Shown here: positions 53,104 through 62,251 of the stretch, piece after piece | How the letters are laid out: the number at the start of each line of letters is the position of its first letter | How positions within the stretch are numbered: position 1 is the stretch's first letter | Source: Gammaproteobacteria bacterium | GTDB taxonomy: Bacteria; Pseudomonadota; Gammaproteobacteria; JABABF01; JAHRAO01 | Length of the DNA stretch: 64,000 bases | NCBI GenBank assembly: GCA_020027215.1 | Contig: JAHRAO010000003.1 | Location: 10,718 to 74,717 of the forward strand | Direction: 5' to 3' | Translations under genes and position numbers: made by a program | The notes under the pieces: model-generated | Told to the model about the DNA's origin: nothing | Database searches by the model: none | Seen by the model: the letters and a program-made list of their open reading frames with translations, nothing else

Positions 53104-53648
53104 TCATCCTACACATACTCCCCGCGACTTTATACGCCAATTTCGAAATTGGATTAGGGGCTTATCGTGCGAGTAGTCTTGTGGGCTCTTCTGCTATTGT
53201 GTGGGCACCCGCACACTTATCGTATCACTGGCACCATCGGCGAGATGGACGACAACGGATTCATTGGGCTTTTATGCAGGCGCCGATCAGCGGACAAATA
53301 CAGCGGGCGCGATTGAAATATCAGTCCCTCAGTTGGCATTGGGAAAAAAAGTGGCGTCTCTCTTCACAGTTTAAGCCCTGGTGGTCATTGGGTATTGCCT
53401 ATGTGCGCGAATCACTGACCCATCGCTATGCAACAGACCGAGAAGGTTTCCTAGTCCAAGGATTGCCATCCATTCACCAGCAGGGTTTAGCGACCATTAC
53501 TGGCATCAATTTCGCATGGCACTACCGACAACAACATTTACTCTCTCTTGGAACACATTATTATTTCCCGCTTTACAAAGGGGCAGAAATTATAAGCATA
53601 CAGTTTATGTACGGTTACTTATGGGGACGACAAATACCGTCTGAATAA
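53079..53648 (+). CDS. Hypothetical exported protein, probable outer-membrane beta-barrel
   Basis: Signal-like MLSHAFLPVILHILPATLYA; aromatic-rich alternating strands (KPWWSLGIAY, GINFAW, LSLGTHYY, SIQFMYGY). Start could instead be 53031. Confidence 0.5.
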   Translation: MLSHAFLPVILHILPATLYANFEIGLGAYRASSLVGSSAIVWAPAHLSYHWHHRRDGRQRIHWAFMQAPISGQIQRARLKYQSLSWHWEKKWRLSSQFKPWWSLGIAYVRESLTHRYATDREGFLVQGLPSIHQQGLATITGINFAWHYRQQHLLSLGTHYYFPLYKGAEIISIQFMYGYLWGRQIPSE

Positions 53649-53694
53649 CAACAAAATGTCTATTCGCAATGATGCGTCATAAAGGAGGATATCC

Positions 53695-54009
53695 ATGTCT
53701 ATAGTGCGTTTATTTGTGGTGAGTTTTTTACTCACCGTTCATTTGGCAGCATTCGCCAATAACTCTGCAGTGCAGCTCCCTTCATGGGGACAGCAAAGTG
53801 ACATTCAATCGACCTTATCCAGTAAAGGTGAGCAAATCGCCAATATTATCAGTTCAGTCGTCGCTATCTTATCCATATTAGGGATGTTAATCGGAGCGGC
53901 AATGTTTTCAGTCAGTCGCACCGATGATGGAAAAAAATGGATATTGGGGAGTGTATGCGGGTTGATTGTTGCGGGATCGGTCTACGGCATAGTGGGGCTC
54001 TTTATCTAA
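53695..54009 (+). CDS. VirB2/TrbC-like pilin
   Basis: 104 aa; signal peptide, then two hydrophobic helices separated by a charged loop; strong AGGAGG RBS; first of the T4SS-like genes. Confidence 0.7.
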   Translation: MSIVRLFVVSFLLTVHLAAFANNSAVQLPSWGQQSDIQSTLSSKGEQIANIISSVVAILSILGMLIGAAMFSVSRTDDGKKWILGSVCGLIVAGSVYGIVGLFI

Positions 54010-54287
54010 TGGCTGCCTTCAACGGACGATTTGTCATCAAGCGCTGGTTCGGTGTGCCGGCGCATGCCCTCGGGAGCGGGGTCATTGCTCTCCCTATCGC
54101 CATTATCGCCCTGCTCACCCAGATATGGTTATTGAAAGCATTTTGTATATTGATTGCGCTGATATGTATCGCCATCGGCATCGTCATTTTTATCATGGGT
54201 GCAGAGTGGCAATTTATTTCCATCATATTGGCATCTCGGCGAGAAAGAACCCAAATCACCGCGGATGGTATGGAGTGGGGATCATGA
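54009..54287 (+). CDS. VirB3-like small membrane protein
   Basis: 92 aa with an R.FGVP motif and two TMs; TAATG and ATGA coupling to the pilin and ATPase genes. Confidence 0.6.
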   Translation: MAAFNGRFVIKRWFGVPAHALGSGVIALPIAIIALLTQIWLLKAFCILIALICIAIGIVIFIMGAEWQFISIILASRRERTQITADGMEWGS

Positions 54288-56644
54288 GTCAACCAGCGCT
54301 TCGACACACTTACAGCACTTACTATACTTGGTCGCATCCGCTCAATGACCAAGTGATTGCCCATAAAGACGGTGCCGTATCATTGATGTGGTCATCGAAC
54401 GGGGTGGATAGCGAATTGATGAACGAGCGTGAGTGCCTGAATTGTTGGGAAGTGTACTATCGTTTACTCCATGCTATTCCATTGCATTACGCCTTAGAAA
54501 TCCATGCGTGGCGAGAAAGCGACGATCAATTGGCACAGAACTACTTAGCACAAAACAAACGTATTCAGCGTGCGCAGACATTAGCCACTATGGTGCGCCA
54601 CAAAATGGCGGCACATCTTTCGGAGTATGCCCGCACCAACCAAGTGATGTTTGTTTTAGTCAAATTGCCACCGCATAAGCATTTTTTTCGCCCTCAATCA
54701 CTGCTCGTTCAACAAAAAAAAACAGCCCACGAATTAGTCCAAACGGCGCAGCGGCTCATCCGTTTATTAGGGAATGGAAGCATTGTCTCCACTCAAATTT
54801 ACTGCCATAAAATTATTCAATCTTTTTCTCGCGCCCATTACCATCCCCATCAACAAATCAATATTCACCCCTATTTATTTTTAGATGAACAATTGATCAC
54901 TGACACACCCATCATAGAGCGCAATCAATTACGTTTAGGCAATCAGTACACCAAAGTCATGCTCTTGCATCTTTATCCCAACGCGACGCCAGGCTGGGCA
55001 AATTACCTGCTGACTCTTCCCGCCACTCTCCATATTACACAAATTATTCTACCCATCAACACCCAACTCCATATGCGGCAAACTGAACGCGAAGAGGACA
55101 TAGTGGTCGGCATGCGTTCGGGGCGGGATAGGGAATACAGTCAAAAAAATATTGGTGATTTAGCTGGTTTTCGCCATTTTGTCGTCGAAAATAACTTATC
55201 CATTTTTCGCAATTGTTTTATTGTCCATATTCACAGTGAAACAGAAGAACAACTACATAAAACAGTTGAACTCGTCCAAGATTGGGTGCAACGACAAGGC
55301 GGCGTATGGAAAACTGCCGAATATATGCAACTGCCTTTTTTTCGGCTTGCCCAACCCGGACAAGGTTATCGGAGTGGGATTTTTCGTCCAGATCACACAT
55401 GGCAAATCGGGGATATGATGCCATTACAGGTATACCAAACGGGGACTGACCGCCCCGAATCATTACGCCTCGGCACCGGATCACAGCTCGTTGGATTGTC
55501 CATCGGTGACGAAAGCATTGCCCACAGTTTCACCATCGCCATGACCGGTGCAGGCAAAGGTGTGGAAAAGGGAACCTGTATATTAGAAACCTATCCTTTG
55601 GGGATTGATTGGTATATTGCGGAGGTCGGTCAATCTTACCGCTGGATTGTAGAAGGGTGTGGAGGGTGTTACACCACCATAGATCCAGACAAAAATGTCG
55701 TCAATCCGTTACCGCCATATCAACTAGCCAATAGCGATCATACACTACCATTGGATGCCAAAATTGTGGGAGGGACGGTGCAAACACTCGGTTTTTTACT
55801 GACCGAAGGGGCAGTGACCCTCAACGCACATCAAAATGCCGCTGCGCAAGTCTGTTTGCAACAGTTATATATCCAGCCCACCGTGGATTCTATTGCCCCC
55901 ACCCTCGGTGATTATCAGCGTATTTTGAACACTGCCGACCATTTTGACAATCAATACCAACGCGATGCGGCGCGCACAATGGCGGCCAATTTAGAAAGTT
56001 TTTTATCCACAGCCGAAGGGCGTCTTTTTCATAGTCAAGAAAACTTTACTTTATCTGAAGGTATTGCGGGAGTCGATCTAAAAGATGTGATGCATGCTTC
56101 GCCGACCCTGTTGAAGTTTTATCTCGTTTTTCTTTCCGTGCGCATGGCGCAATTGGCATTTTATCGCGCCAACACGGCGCGCATTTTATTAGATGAAATG
56201 CATGTTTTTGCCAATAGTTTCCCCGAAGTGATCGGTCCTTTAATCAGCGGTATTGCACGCATGGGGCGCAAAAACGCCGGTTATATTGATCTGATTACGC
56301 AAGGAATTAAAGAAATAGATTGTTTAGAGCCAGAAATACTCAACTCTATGCCTTTGCGTACCCTTCTGTATCGCCCAGATGGGCATAACGAGATAGCCGA
56401 CCGCATCGCGATGCGTGACGGAGTTTTACAAAAATGGAAAGAGATGCCTTACCCAGAAAAACTCCCCTATCGCCCCGGTTTATGTTCGGTCGGTAATCAA
56501 TGGTTCAATTTACATTTAACTGTCCCCGTTGAAGTCATGGCGATGACCGATACCAGTCAACTAGCACGCAAAGAACGCATTGCTCGTATGACCAGCGATC
56601 CCATTGAACGGATACGATTATTTTATGCAGGAGAAGAAGAATGA
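54284..56644 (+). CDS. VirB4-family T4SS ATPase
   Basis: 786 aa; Walker A-like AMTGAGKG, NPL, Walker B ILLDE, R.GRK, ITQ; position after VirB2/3-like genes. Start moved to 54284. Confidence 0.8.
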   Translation: MSQPALRHTYSTYYTWSHPLNDQVIAHKDGAVSLMWSSNGVDSELMNERECLNCWEVYYRLLHAIPLHYALEIHAWRESDDQLAQNYLAQNKRIQRAQTLATMVRHKMAAHLSEYARTNQVMFVLVKLPPHKHFFRPQSLLVQQKKTAHELVQTAQRLIRLLGNGSIVSTQIYCHKIIQSFSRAHYHPHQQINIHPYLFLDEQLITDTPIIERNQLRLGNQYTKVMLLHLYPNATPGWANYLLTLPATLHITQIILPINTQLHMRQTEREEDIVVGMRSGRDREYSQKNIGDLAGFRHFVVENNLSIFRNCFIVHIHSETEEQLHKTVELVQDWVQRQGGVWKTAEYMQLPFFRLAQPGQGYRSGIFRPDHTWQIGDMMPLQVYQTGTDRPESLRLGTGSQLVGLSIGDESIAHSFTIAMTGAGKGVEKGTCILETYPLGIDWYIAEVGQSYRWIVEGCGGCYTTIDPDKNVVNPLPPYQLANSDHTLPLDAKIVGGTVQTLGFLLTEGAVTLNAHQNAAAQVCLQQLYIQPTVDSIAPTLGDYQRILNTADHFDNQYQRDAARTMAANLESFLSTAEGRLFHSQENFTLSEGIAGVDLKDVMHASPTLLKFYLVFLSVRMAQLAFYRANTARILLDEMHVFANSFPEVIGPLISGIARMGRKNAGYIDLITQGIKEIDCLEPEILNSMPLRTLLYRPDGHNEIADRIAMRDGVLQKWKEMPYPEKLPYRPGLCSVGNQWFNLHLTVPVEVMAMTDTSQLARKERIARMTSDPIERIRLFYAGEEE

Positions 56645-57288
56645 AATTACGACTCTATTTATTAATGCTGTGTTTAGCCCCCTCTCTAGCTTACAGCTAT
56701 GCAAGTGCACTCAATGATATCAAAATCATTGCTGAATTGCAGATGATTTACAAGCAAATTACCGAAACAATAGAACAAATACAGCAGCAAAAAGAAATTA
56801 TCCACCGGATGCAACAAACCATTGAAAGCGCTGAGCAAGATATGAATACCATTCGCAATACAAAATTGGAGGCATTGTTACACAATCCGGTGCGCAACAA
56901 ATATCGTTTGAACTCATTAGAACAAATAAGTAATTACCTCAATCAAGTCAAAGCACAAAGACAAAAATCTCCAGCGAATAGTAAAGAAAATGCTGTCTAT
57001 CAGCGTATAGAAGCACAACTCACCTCTCTGACTCAGCGCCATGAAATACTGAACTTATTAGATGAAAGCGTTGAAGATAACCTGCACACCGCAAACACAG
57101 ATGTATCTGAACGCCATAGTGCGCAAATTATGGCGCAATCGCTCAGTATAGTGGCGCAAATTGAAATTAAGCGAGAGAAAAGAGCGTTAGCACAAGAAAA
57201 AACTAACGCCGTCTCTGCCGAAATGGAATACAAAGTCGTAGAAATGCAGAGTGAGTTAGGTGAGTTAATTAAAAGGAGCGGTTGGTAG
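56641..57288 (+). CDS. VirB5/TrbJ-like secreted helical protein
   Basis: Signal peptide, Gln/Glu-rich coiled coil; lies between VirB4-like and VirB6-like genes. Confidence 0.55.
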   Translation: MKLRLYLLMLCLAPSLAYSYASALNDIKIIAELQMIYKQITETIEQIQQQKEIIHRMQQTIESAEQDMNTIRNTKLEALLHNPVRNKYRLNSLEQISNYLNQVKAQRQKSPANSKENAVYQRIEAQLTSLTQRHEILNLLDESVEDNLHTANTDVSERHSAQIMAQSLSIVAQIEIKREKRALAQEKTNAVSAEMEYKVVEMQSELGELIKRSGW

Positions 57289-57289
57289 T

Positions 57290-58423
57290 ATGGAGTGGCA
57301 CAATTTAGGCACCTTATTAAATGCGCAATATATCTACGAAGGGGGAAAAAACCTCTCCTTTTTTATTGCGGGAACCATTACGCCCGTATTGTTAGTCATC
57401 AATTTATGGATACGTTTAGCGCGTCATCAAATGGACACTTTGACTGCCGGGCAAGGGAAATGGTCGGCATTGGCAAAAGATTTAGCGATTTGGTTGCCCA
57501 TTTTGGGGTTGTACTTTGCCCTTGCCCACCTGTTGAGTGGTGTATTACAACCTATCTATAACGCATTTAGTTCATTCGGCACTCTCGGACAAACTTTTGA
57601 TCTCTTTAAGAAGCTGCTTGAAGTTGAGAGCCCCGAAGCATCGGTGTTATCTTTTGTGAGCAATCTATCGCTCATTCTGCCCTGGATGCTCTATTATTTG
57701 TCCAGTTTAATTGCCAGCATCATCATCATTTTTATGAAAATGGCGCATGCGGTCGCCTATAGCATTGCGCTATGCTGGGGATTAATTGCCATTCCATTAT
57801 CTATTGGCGGTTTTAAGGTATTGCGCGGATGGGCTATTTTAGGGGGCACAGTTTTACTATGGCCGATTATGCACTACATGTGCTTTGCACTTTTTAATCC
57901 CGTTTTTAGCAAAATTATTACCTCTATTGACACCGGAACGCTAGGCGATACTTCGGTTAAATTGCAATTTTATTTGCTCCTCAATATTATCAATTTCATC
58001 ACTGCTGCTATTTCCATTAGTGCTCCTTTTATTGCATCGGCACTCATCAACAATAGCGGTGCCATAGGAAGCATCGTGACTCCTATGGCGACCGCCGCAT
58101 TAGCAACGGCAGCTATAGCCGCACAAACGACCAGCAAGCACATGCAACAAAACAGTAATAAAACAGATGGGGGATCTCATCGCAAACGGTACGGTACACA
58201 ACAAACACCGCAGCCCGATAAAACAAATCCGACGAGTAGAGGAAGCCATGGGTCGTTCTCGCCCACACAACAGCCACCCACACCGCATCATAGCCCGCGC
58301 AGCGATCGCCATTCTCCCTCCATAGCGGATACAAAAAATGAGGCGCACGACAAGCCCGCCGCACTTCCCGCACCGCCACCATCTAATCGTTTGTTACCCC
58401 CTCCTCCTCAATTGAAGAACTAA
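57290..58423 (+). CDS. VirB6/TrbL-like polytopic membrane protein with low-complexity tail
   Basis: Five to six TMs, then an Ala-rich helix and a hydrophilic Pro/Ser/His/Thr tail. Confidence 0.65.
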   Translation: MEWHNLGTLLNAQYIYEGGKNLSFFIAGTITPVLLVINLWIRLARHQMDTLTAGQGKWSALAKDLAIWLPILGLYFALAHLLSGVLQPIYNAFSSFGTLGQTFDLFKKLLEVESPEASVLSFVSNLSLILPWMLYYLSSLIASIIIIFMKMAHAVAYSIALCWGLIAIPLSIGGFKVLRGWAILGGTVLLWPIMHYMCFALFNPVFSKIITSIDTGTLGDTSVKLQFYLLLNIINFITAAISISAPFIASALINNSGAIGSIVTPMATAALATAAIAAQTTSKHMQQNSNKTDGGSHRKRYGTQQTPQPDKTNPTSRGSHGSFSPTQQPPTPHHSPRSDRHSPSIADTKNEAHDKPAALPAPPPSNRLLPPPPQLKN

Positions 58424-58425
58424 TA

Positions 58426-59106
58426 ATGACTCCCGACCGCCCAGATACCTCATCAGATGTGCATACTGCACAATGGAATCCTTTAGCGCGTCGTTTTGCC
58501 CGCTCACCACAAATGATGGTTTTGCGTTTAGCGCGCTACGCATTGCTCGGTTGGGTACTCTTTTTTATTGTGCTCATTACTTTTGTGTTGCACGCCATGA
58601 TCGCCACACTACGCCCAGTCCCTGTTATTGCGGTGAATGAACGCGGCGAAGTTATCGGTGAATTTGAGTATCTCAACAATGCAATGCGCACCGATGAAGA
58701 GGTAATTGCCGCCTCTATGTATTTCGTAGAACGCTATTTATCTTTGAATAGTGCATCTATTTATGATGATTACGCCATAGCGCTGTCCATGATGTCACCC
58801 GCTATGCAAGAAAAAACGCTGGATGAAATTAAAGCCACCGGGTATCTCAAACGCATTGCCAACTCGGCAATACATAGCCATATTGAATATCATGCACCAC
58901 CGACACTCTTGCAACGTAAAGGTGCGGAAGTCATGGTGCATTTAATAGGAAACATGGTCGTCATCGGTACAACGCAGCAAGACGGCGAACAAACAAAAAA
59001 GGCTTTTGATATGACCCTACTAGCCGAAATGGTGCCACGCACCATTAGACAAACTCAAGGAATACACATATTAGACATCCGTCAAACTCAAGGGAACACG
59101 GAATGA
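58426..59106 (+). CDS. VirB8-like bitopic protein
   Basis: One N-proximal TM, PVPVIAV...G, FV.RY, an alpha-then-beta periplasmic domain, PRT...GI.I ending. Confidence 0.6.
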   Translation: MTPDRPDTSSDVHTAQWNPLARRFARSPQMMVLRLARYALLGWVLFFIVLITFVLHAMIATLRPVPVIAVNERGEVIGEFEYLNNAMRTDEEVIAASMYFVERYLSLNSASIYDDYAIALSMMSPAMQEKTLDEIKATGYLKRIANSAIHSHIEYHAPPTLLQRKGAEVMVHLIGNMVVIGTTQQDGEQTKKAFDMTLLAEMVPRTIRQTQGIHILDIRQTQGNTE

Positions 59107-60014
59107 ATTATAAAGGTATGTTGCGCGTGGGGGTCAGCATATTAGCGATCTGCGCACAGAGCAGTTGGAGTGATGTCATGCCTGTAGTGCGCACGGTCAC
59201 CTTACAACCGCACACTATTCTGCATGTCAAATTGGTCCCCGACTTAGGCTCACGCTTTATATTTCCTTTTATTTTAGATAAAGCGGGCGGAACAGTCCCT
59301 TTCACTTTGAATATGACTAATCCCGTCTTTGCACATCATCGGGCGGAAGGGCGCAATTTTTTTACAGTGGAAATTGATCCCCAAAATAACAACGAATCAT
59401 TTGATTTATATTTTGGCAATTTATTTGTGACCGTCGGCGACTATAACATTTCCATTTTATTATCGTCAACCAATAATTTACAAGAGCATATCAGCGATTA
59501 TATTTTTCGCTTAGACGATGAAAAAGCACATGAATTGATTGAGGAAAAAATTGCTCATCGCGTCGGTGCGCTCGTCAAACAATATAAAAGCAAAATGGCA
59601 CGTCTCGATCAGCAGGCACAACAGTTAGCTTTAGAAAAAATGGTGCATATCGTGCGGCACAAGCCACAAATCAAACGCGTGCGCGAAAATAATAGGGTAG
59701 AAACTGCCCAAGGCGATATCGTATTAGAATGGCATAGTATATCCAGTTACGGGAAGTTGTTACATATCATCCGCTACTCCATTAATAATAGCAGCACGAA
59801 AGACATTGACATTCATAGCGTTGCAATCACTGCCACAAAAAATGATGTGCCAGCACAATTAATCTCTGGAGTCAATCAAGGGCCGCAGTATCTACCCGCT
59901 GGCAAAAAAGTCGGTGCCGTTTTTGCGACCGATTCTTCTTTAGTTCGCGATTATCGCTATCAAATTTCCCTCACCCTCCAAACGAGTATGGGGCACTTAC
60001 AAGTAAAATGGTAA
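59103..60014 (+). CDS. VirB9/TraK-like periplasmic core-complex protein
   Basis: Signal peptide, beta-rich N-domain (S.FIFP, NLFV), helical linker, beta-rich C-domain; position between VirB8-like and VirB10-like genes. Confidence 0.5.
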   Translation: MNYKGMLRVGVSILAICAQSSWSDVMPVVRTVTLQPHTILHVKLVPDLGSRFIFPFILDKAGGTVPFTLNMTNPVFAHHRAEGRNFFTVEIDPQNNNESFDLYFGNLFVTVGDYNISILLSSTNNLQEHISDYIFRLDDEKAHELIEEKIAHRVGALVKQYKSKMARLDQQAQQLALEKMVHIVRHKPQIKRVRENNRVETAQGDIVLEWHSISSYGKLLHIIRYSINNSSTKDIDIHSVAITATKNDVPAQLISGVNQGPQYLPAGKKVGAVFATDSSLVRDYRYQISLTLQTSMGHLQVKW

Positions 60015-60925
60015 TGCGCCCGCTGTTACATAGCTCCCTTCTTATGGTGATCGGTATAGCGTGGCATCATGCGGTATACGCCCAAACGAATGAAAGGATT
60101 ATTACTGCCGATATGCTACGCCATCTCTCACACGAATCGTATCATCGGCACAAGCACAATCGTGCTCCAGTTTATCCGGGCAAGATTGCGGCATTTATGC
60201 ATGAAATGCTCCCCTCAGAAATCAGTGCCACTAATACAAAGAATTTGCCGCCACCGCCTTCATCCACCAAAATAACTTCTACAGAAGACGAAAAGCCACC
60301 TCAAATGATTGTCGTCACACCACTACCACCTCACCCTAGTTCCACACACATTTACTTCCCACCCCAACGGGTGGTGACAAAATCTCATAGCGACGACATT
60401 CACCAACCCAAGAAAAAATCATTTGGCATTGATATTGGAAAATGGATTAAAGGTAAAATTAAGCGGCAACTTACAAACGCCGACCCCGGACTCATTGAAA
60501 TCATCGTCACCGAAGCGGTCAAGGGTCGTGTACGCACTGTGCCAGCAGGAAGTATTCTGTTCGCACAAAAATATTACAATCAAGGGACTCTCAAGTTAGA
60601 TCTCATCGTGCAAAGAGGATTGTTACCCGATGGCGAAGAATTTCCCATAAAGGGGTTGATTTATAATACTCAGTTCCACGCCGGTTTAGTCGGGCAAGTG
60701 ATTAAAAATAAAGATTTTAATAAAAACAAATTGTCCAAAGCCCTTATACAGAGCGGTAAAAAAATATTACAGACCCACATCGGCACTCAATCCACCGCGC
60801 CTTTAGTGTCTGTTGCCGGCGATGCAGCCTTCTCACCGTTAGCACCAACGATGAACGCTAAACTACCCTACATTATTTCGGTTGCCCCACAGCAGGTCAA
60901 CATTCAAGTGCAAAAAAGCTTTTAG
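60008..60925 (+). CDS. VirB10/TrbI-like protein
   Basis: Pro-rich linker; G.WI.G.I...L.N..PG, VPAGS.L, LLPDG, GL.G; C-terminal I.V......I.V strand. Confidence 0.65.
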   Translation: MVMRPLLHSSLLMVIGIAWHHAVYAQTNERIITADMLRHLSHESYHRHKHNRAPVYPGKIAAFMHEMLPSEISATNTKNLPPPPSSTKITSTEDEKPPQMIVVTPLPPHPSSTHIYFPPQRVVTKSHSDDIHQPKKKSFGIDIGKWIKGKIKRQLTNADPGLIEIIVTEAVKGRVRTVPAGSILFAQKYYNQGTLKLDLIVQRGLLPDGEEFPIKGLIYNTQFHAGLVGQVIKNKDFNKNKLSKALIQSGKKILQTHIGTQSTAPLVSVAGDAAFSPLAPTMNAKLPYIISVAPQQVNIQVQKSF

Positions 60926-61000
60926 CGATACCCTATTCATTGCTTGAGAAAGCAAGGAGGCAGCGATACATGGTAGTGAAAACATTTATAATAATCATTA

Positions 61001-62251
61001 ATGAAAATTGTCATTATCGGCGGTGGCGTGGTGGGGGTCAGTAGTGCTTACGCCCTTGCGCGACGCGGACACGACATCACTTTATTAGAATCTTCATCGC
61101 GAGTCGGCGAACAAACCAGTTATGCCAATGGTGGGCAATTATCCTATACGCAAGTTGAACCGATTGCCAATGCCTATTTATGGAGGCAATTGCCACGCCT
61201 GTTGCTCGGGCGTGACCCAGCATTTCGCATCACGCATTTATTTGATAGTACATTGTTGCGCTGGGCAGTTCAATTTTTGCGCGCCTGCCATAGCCAGCAA
61301 GAGCGCACAACTATCGCCAATATGCTCCGCCTCGGTTTATATACACAAACCGTTACCGCACAATACATGGCCCAAACGGAGATCCAATTCCATCATAGAC
61401 ACAGTGGAAAGCTATGTATTTTTCAATGCCCAAAAGCATGGCAGGAATCCATAAAACGGAAAACAATTAAAAATCAAAACGGGGCATCCGTTCAGTCACT
61501 CAATGCCGAAGAATGTGTGGCGATAGAACCGCAATTAGCGCATAAGCAATCCCAGTTAGTGGGAGGTCTTTACGCCAAAATTGACGAATGCGGGGATAGC
61601 CATTTATTCTGCCAAGCACTGGCGCATTATTGCCAAAAAAAATATACGATGCAATTGATATATGATTGCCCCGTCACCGGCTGGCAATTACACAACAATC
61701 GCATCCAGGCAGTCACCAGTCACAGCGACCATTTTGCCGCCGATTATTTTATTTTATGTGCGGGAATTGACAGCGTTTCGCTCGCCAGATTGTTAGGGAT
61801 ACGCCTACCAATTTATCCATTGAAAGGCTACAGTATCACTTTACCTGCTCAATCGGGCGCACCGCAAACGAGCATCACCGATATGCAAGCCAAAGTCGTT
61901 TTCTCGCTTTTAGGGAATCATCTGCGCATTGCAGGGATTGCCGAACTGGCGGGCTACAATAAAATCATTGACAAGCACCGCGTCGAGCAATTACGCCAAG
62001 CGGGGGAAAAACTCTTTCCTCAAGCGGCAGATTACACTGCCGATCCCCATGGTTGGTGTGGATTGCGCCCCTACACTCCCGATAGTGCCCCCATTATTGG
62101 AGAAAGCCCATACACTAATTTGTTTTTCAACACAGGGCACGGTATGTTAGGATGGACACTCGCCTGTGGTTGTGCTGAAATTACTGCCGATCTCGTTGAG
62201 CACCGCACTCCCGCCATCGGCTTAGATGGACTCACTTTAGCGCGTTTTTAG
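61001..62251 (+). CDS. dadA: D-amino acid dehydrogenase (FAD)
   Basis: GGGVVG, TSYANGGQLS, IYPLKGYS, W.GLRP.TPD, NTGHG.LGWTLA.G. Confidence 0.88.
   Translation: MKIVIIGGGVVGVSSAYALARRGHDITLLESSSRVGEQTSYANGGQLSYTQVEPIANAYLWRQLPRLLLGRDPAFRITHLFDSTLLRWAVQFLRACHSQQERTTIANMLRLGLYTQTVTAQYMAQTEIQFHHRHSGKLCIFQCPKAWQESIKRKTIKNQNGASVQSLNAEECVAIEPQLAHKQSQLVGGLYAKIDECGDSHLFCQALAHYCQKKYTMQLIYDCPVTGWQLHNNRIQAVTSHSDHFAADYFILCAGIDSVSLARLLGIRLPIYPLKGYSITLPAQSGAPQTSITDMQAKVVFSLLGNHLRIAGIAELAGYNKIIDKHRVEQLRQAGEKLFPQAADYTADPHGWCGLRPYTPDSAPIIGESPYTNLFFNTGHGMLGWTLACGCAEITADLVEHRTPAIGLDGLTLARF

Noticed and set aside
53079..60925. Intact ICE or conjugative element
   Set aside because: No integrase, relaxase, coupling protein, cargo or att repeats visible in the window.
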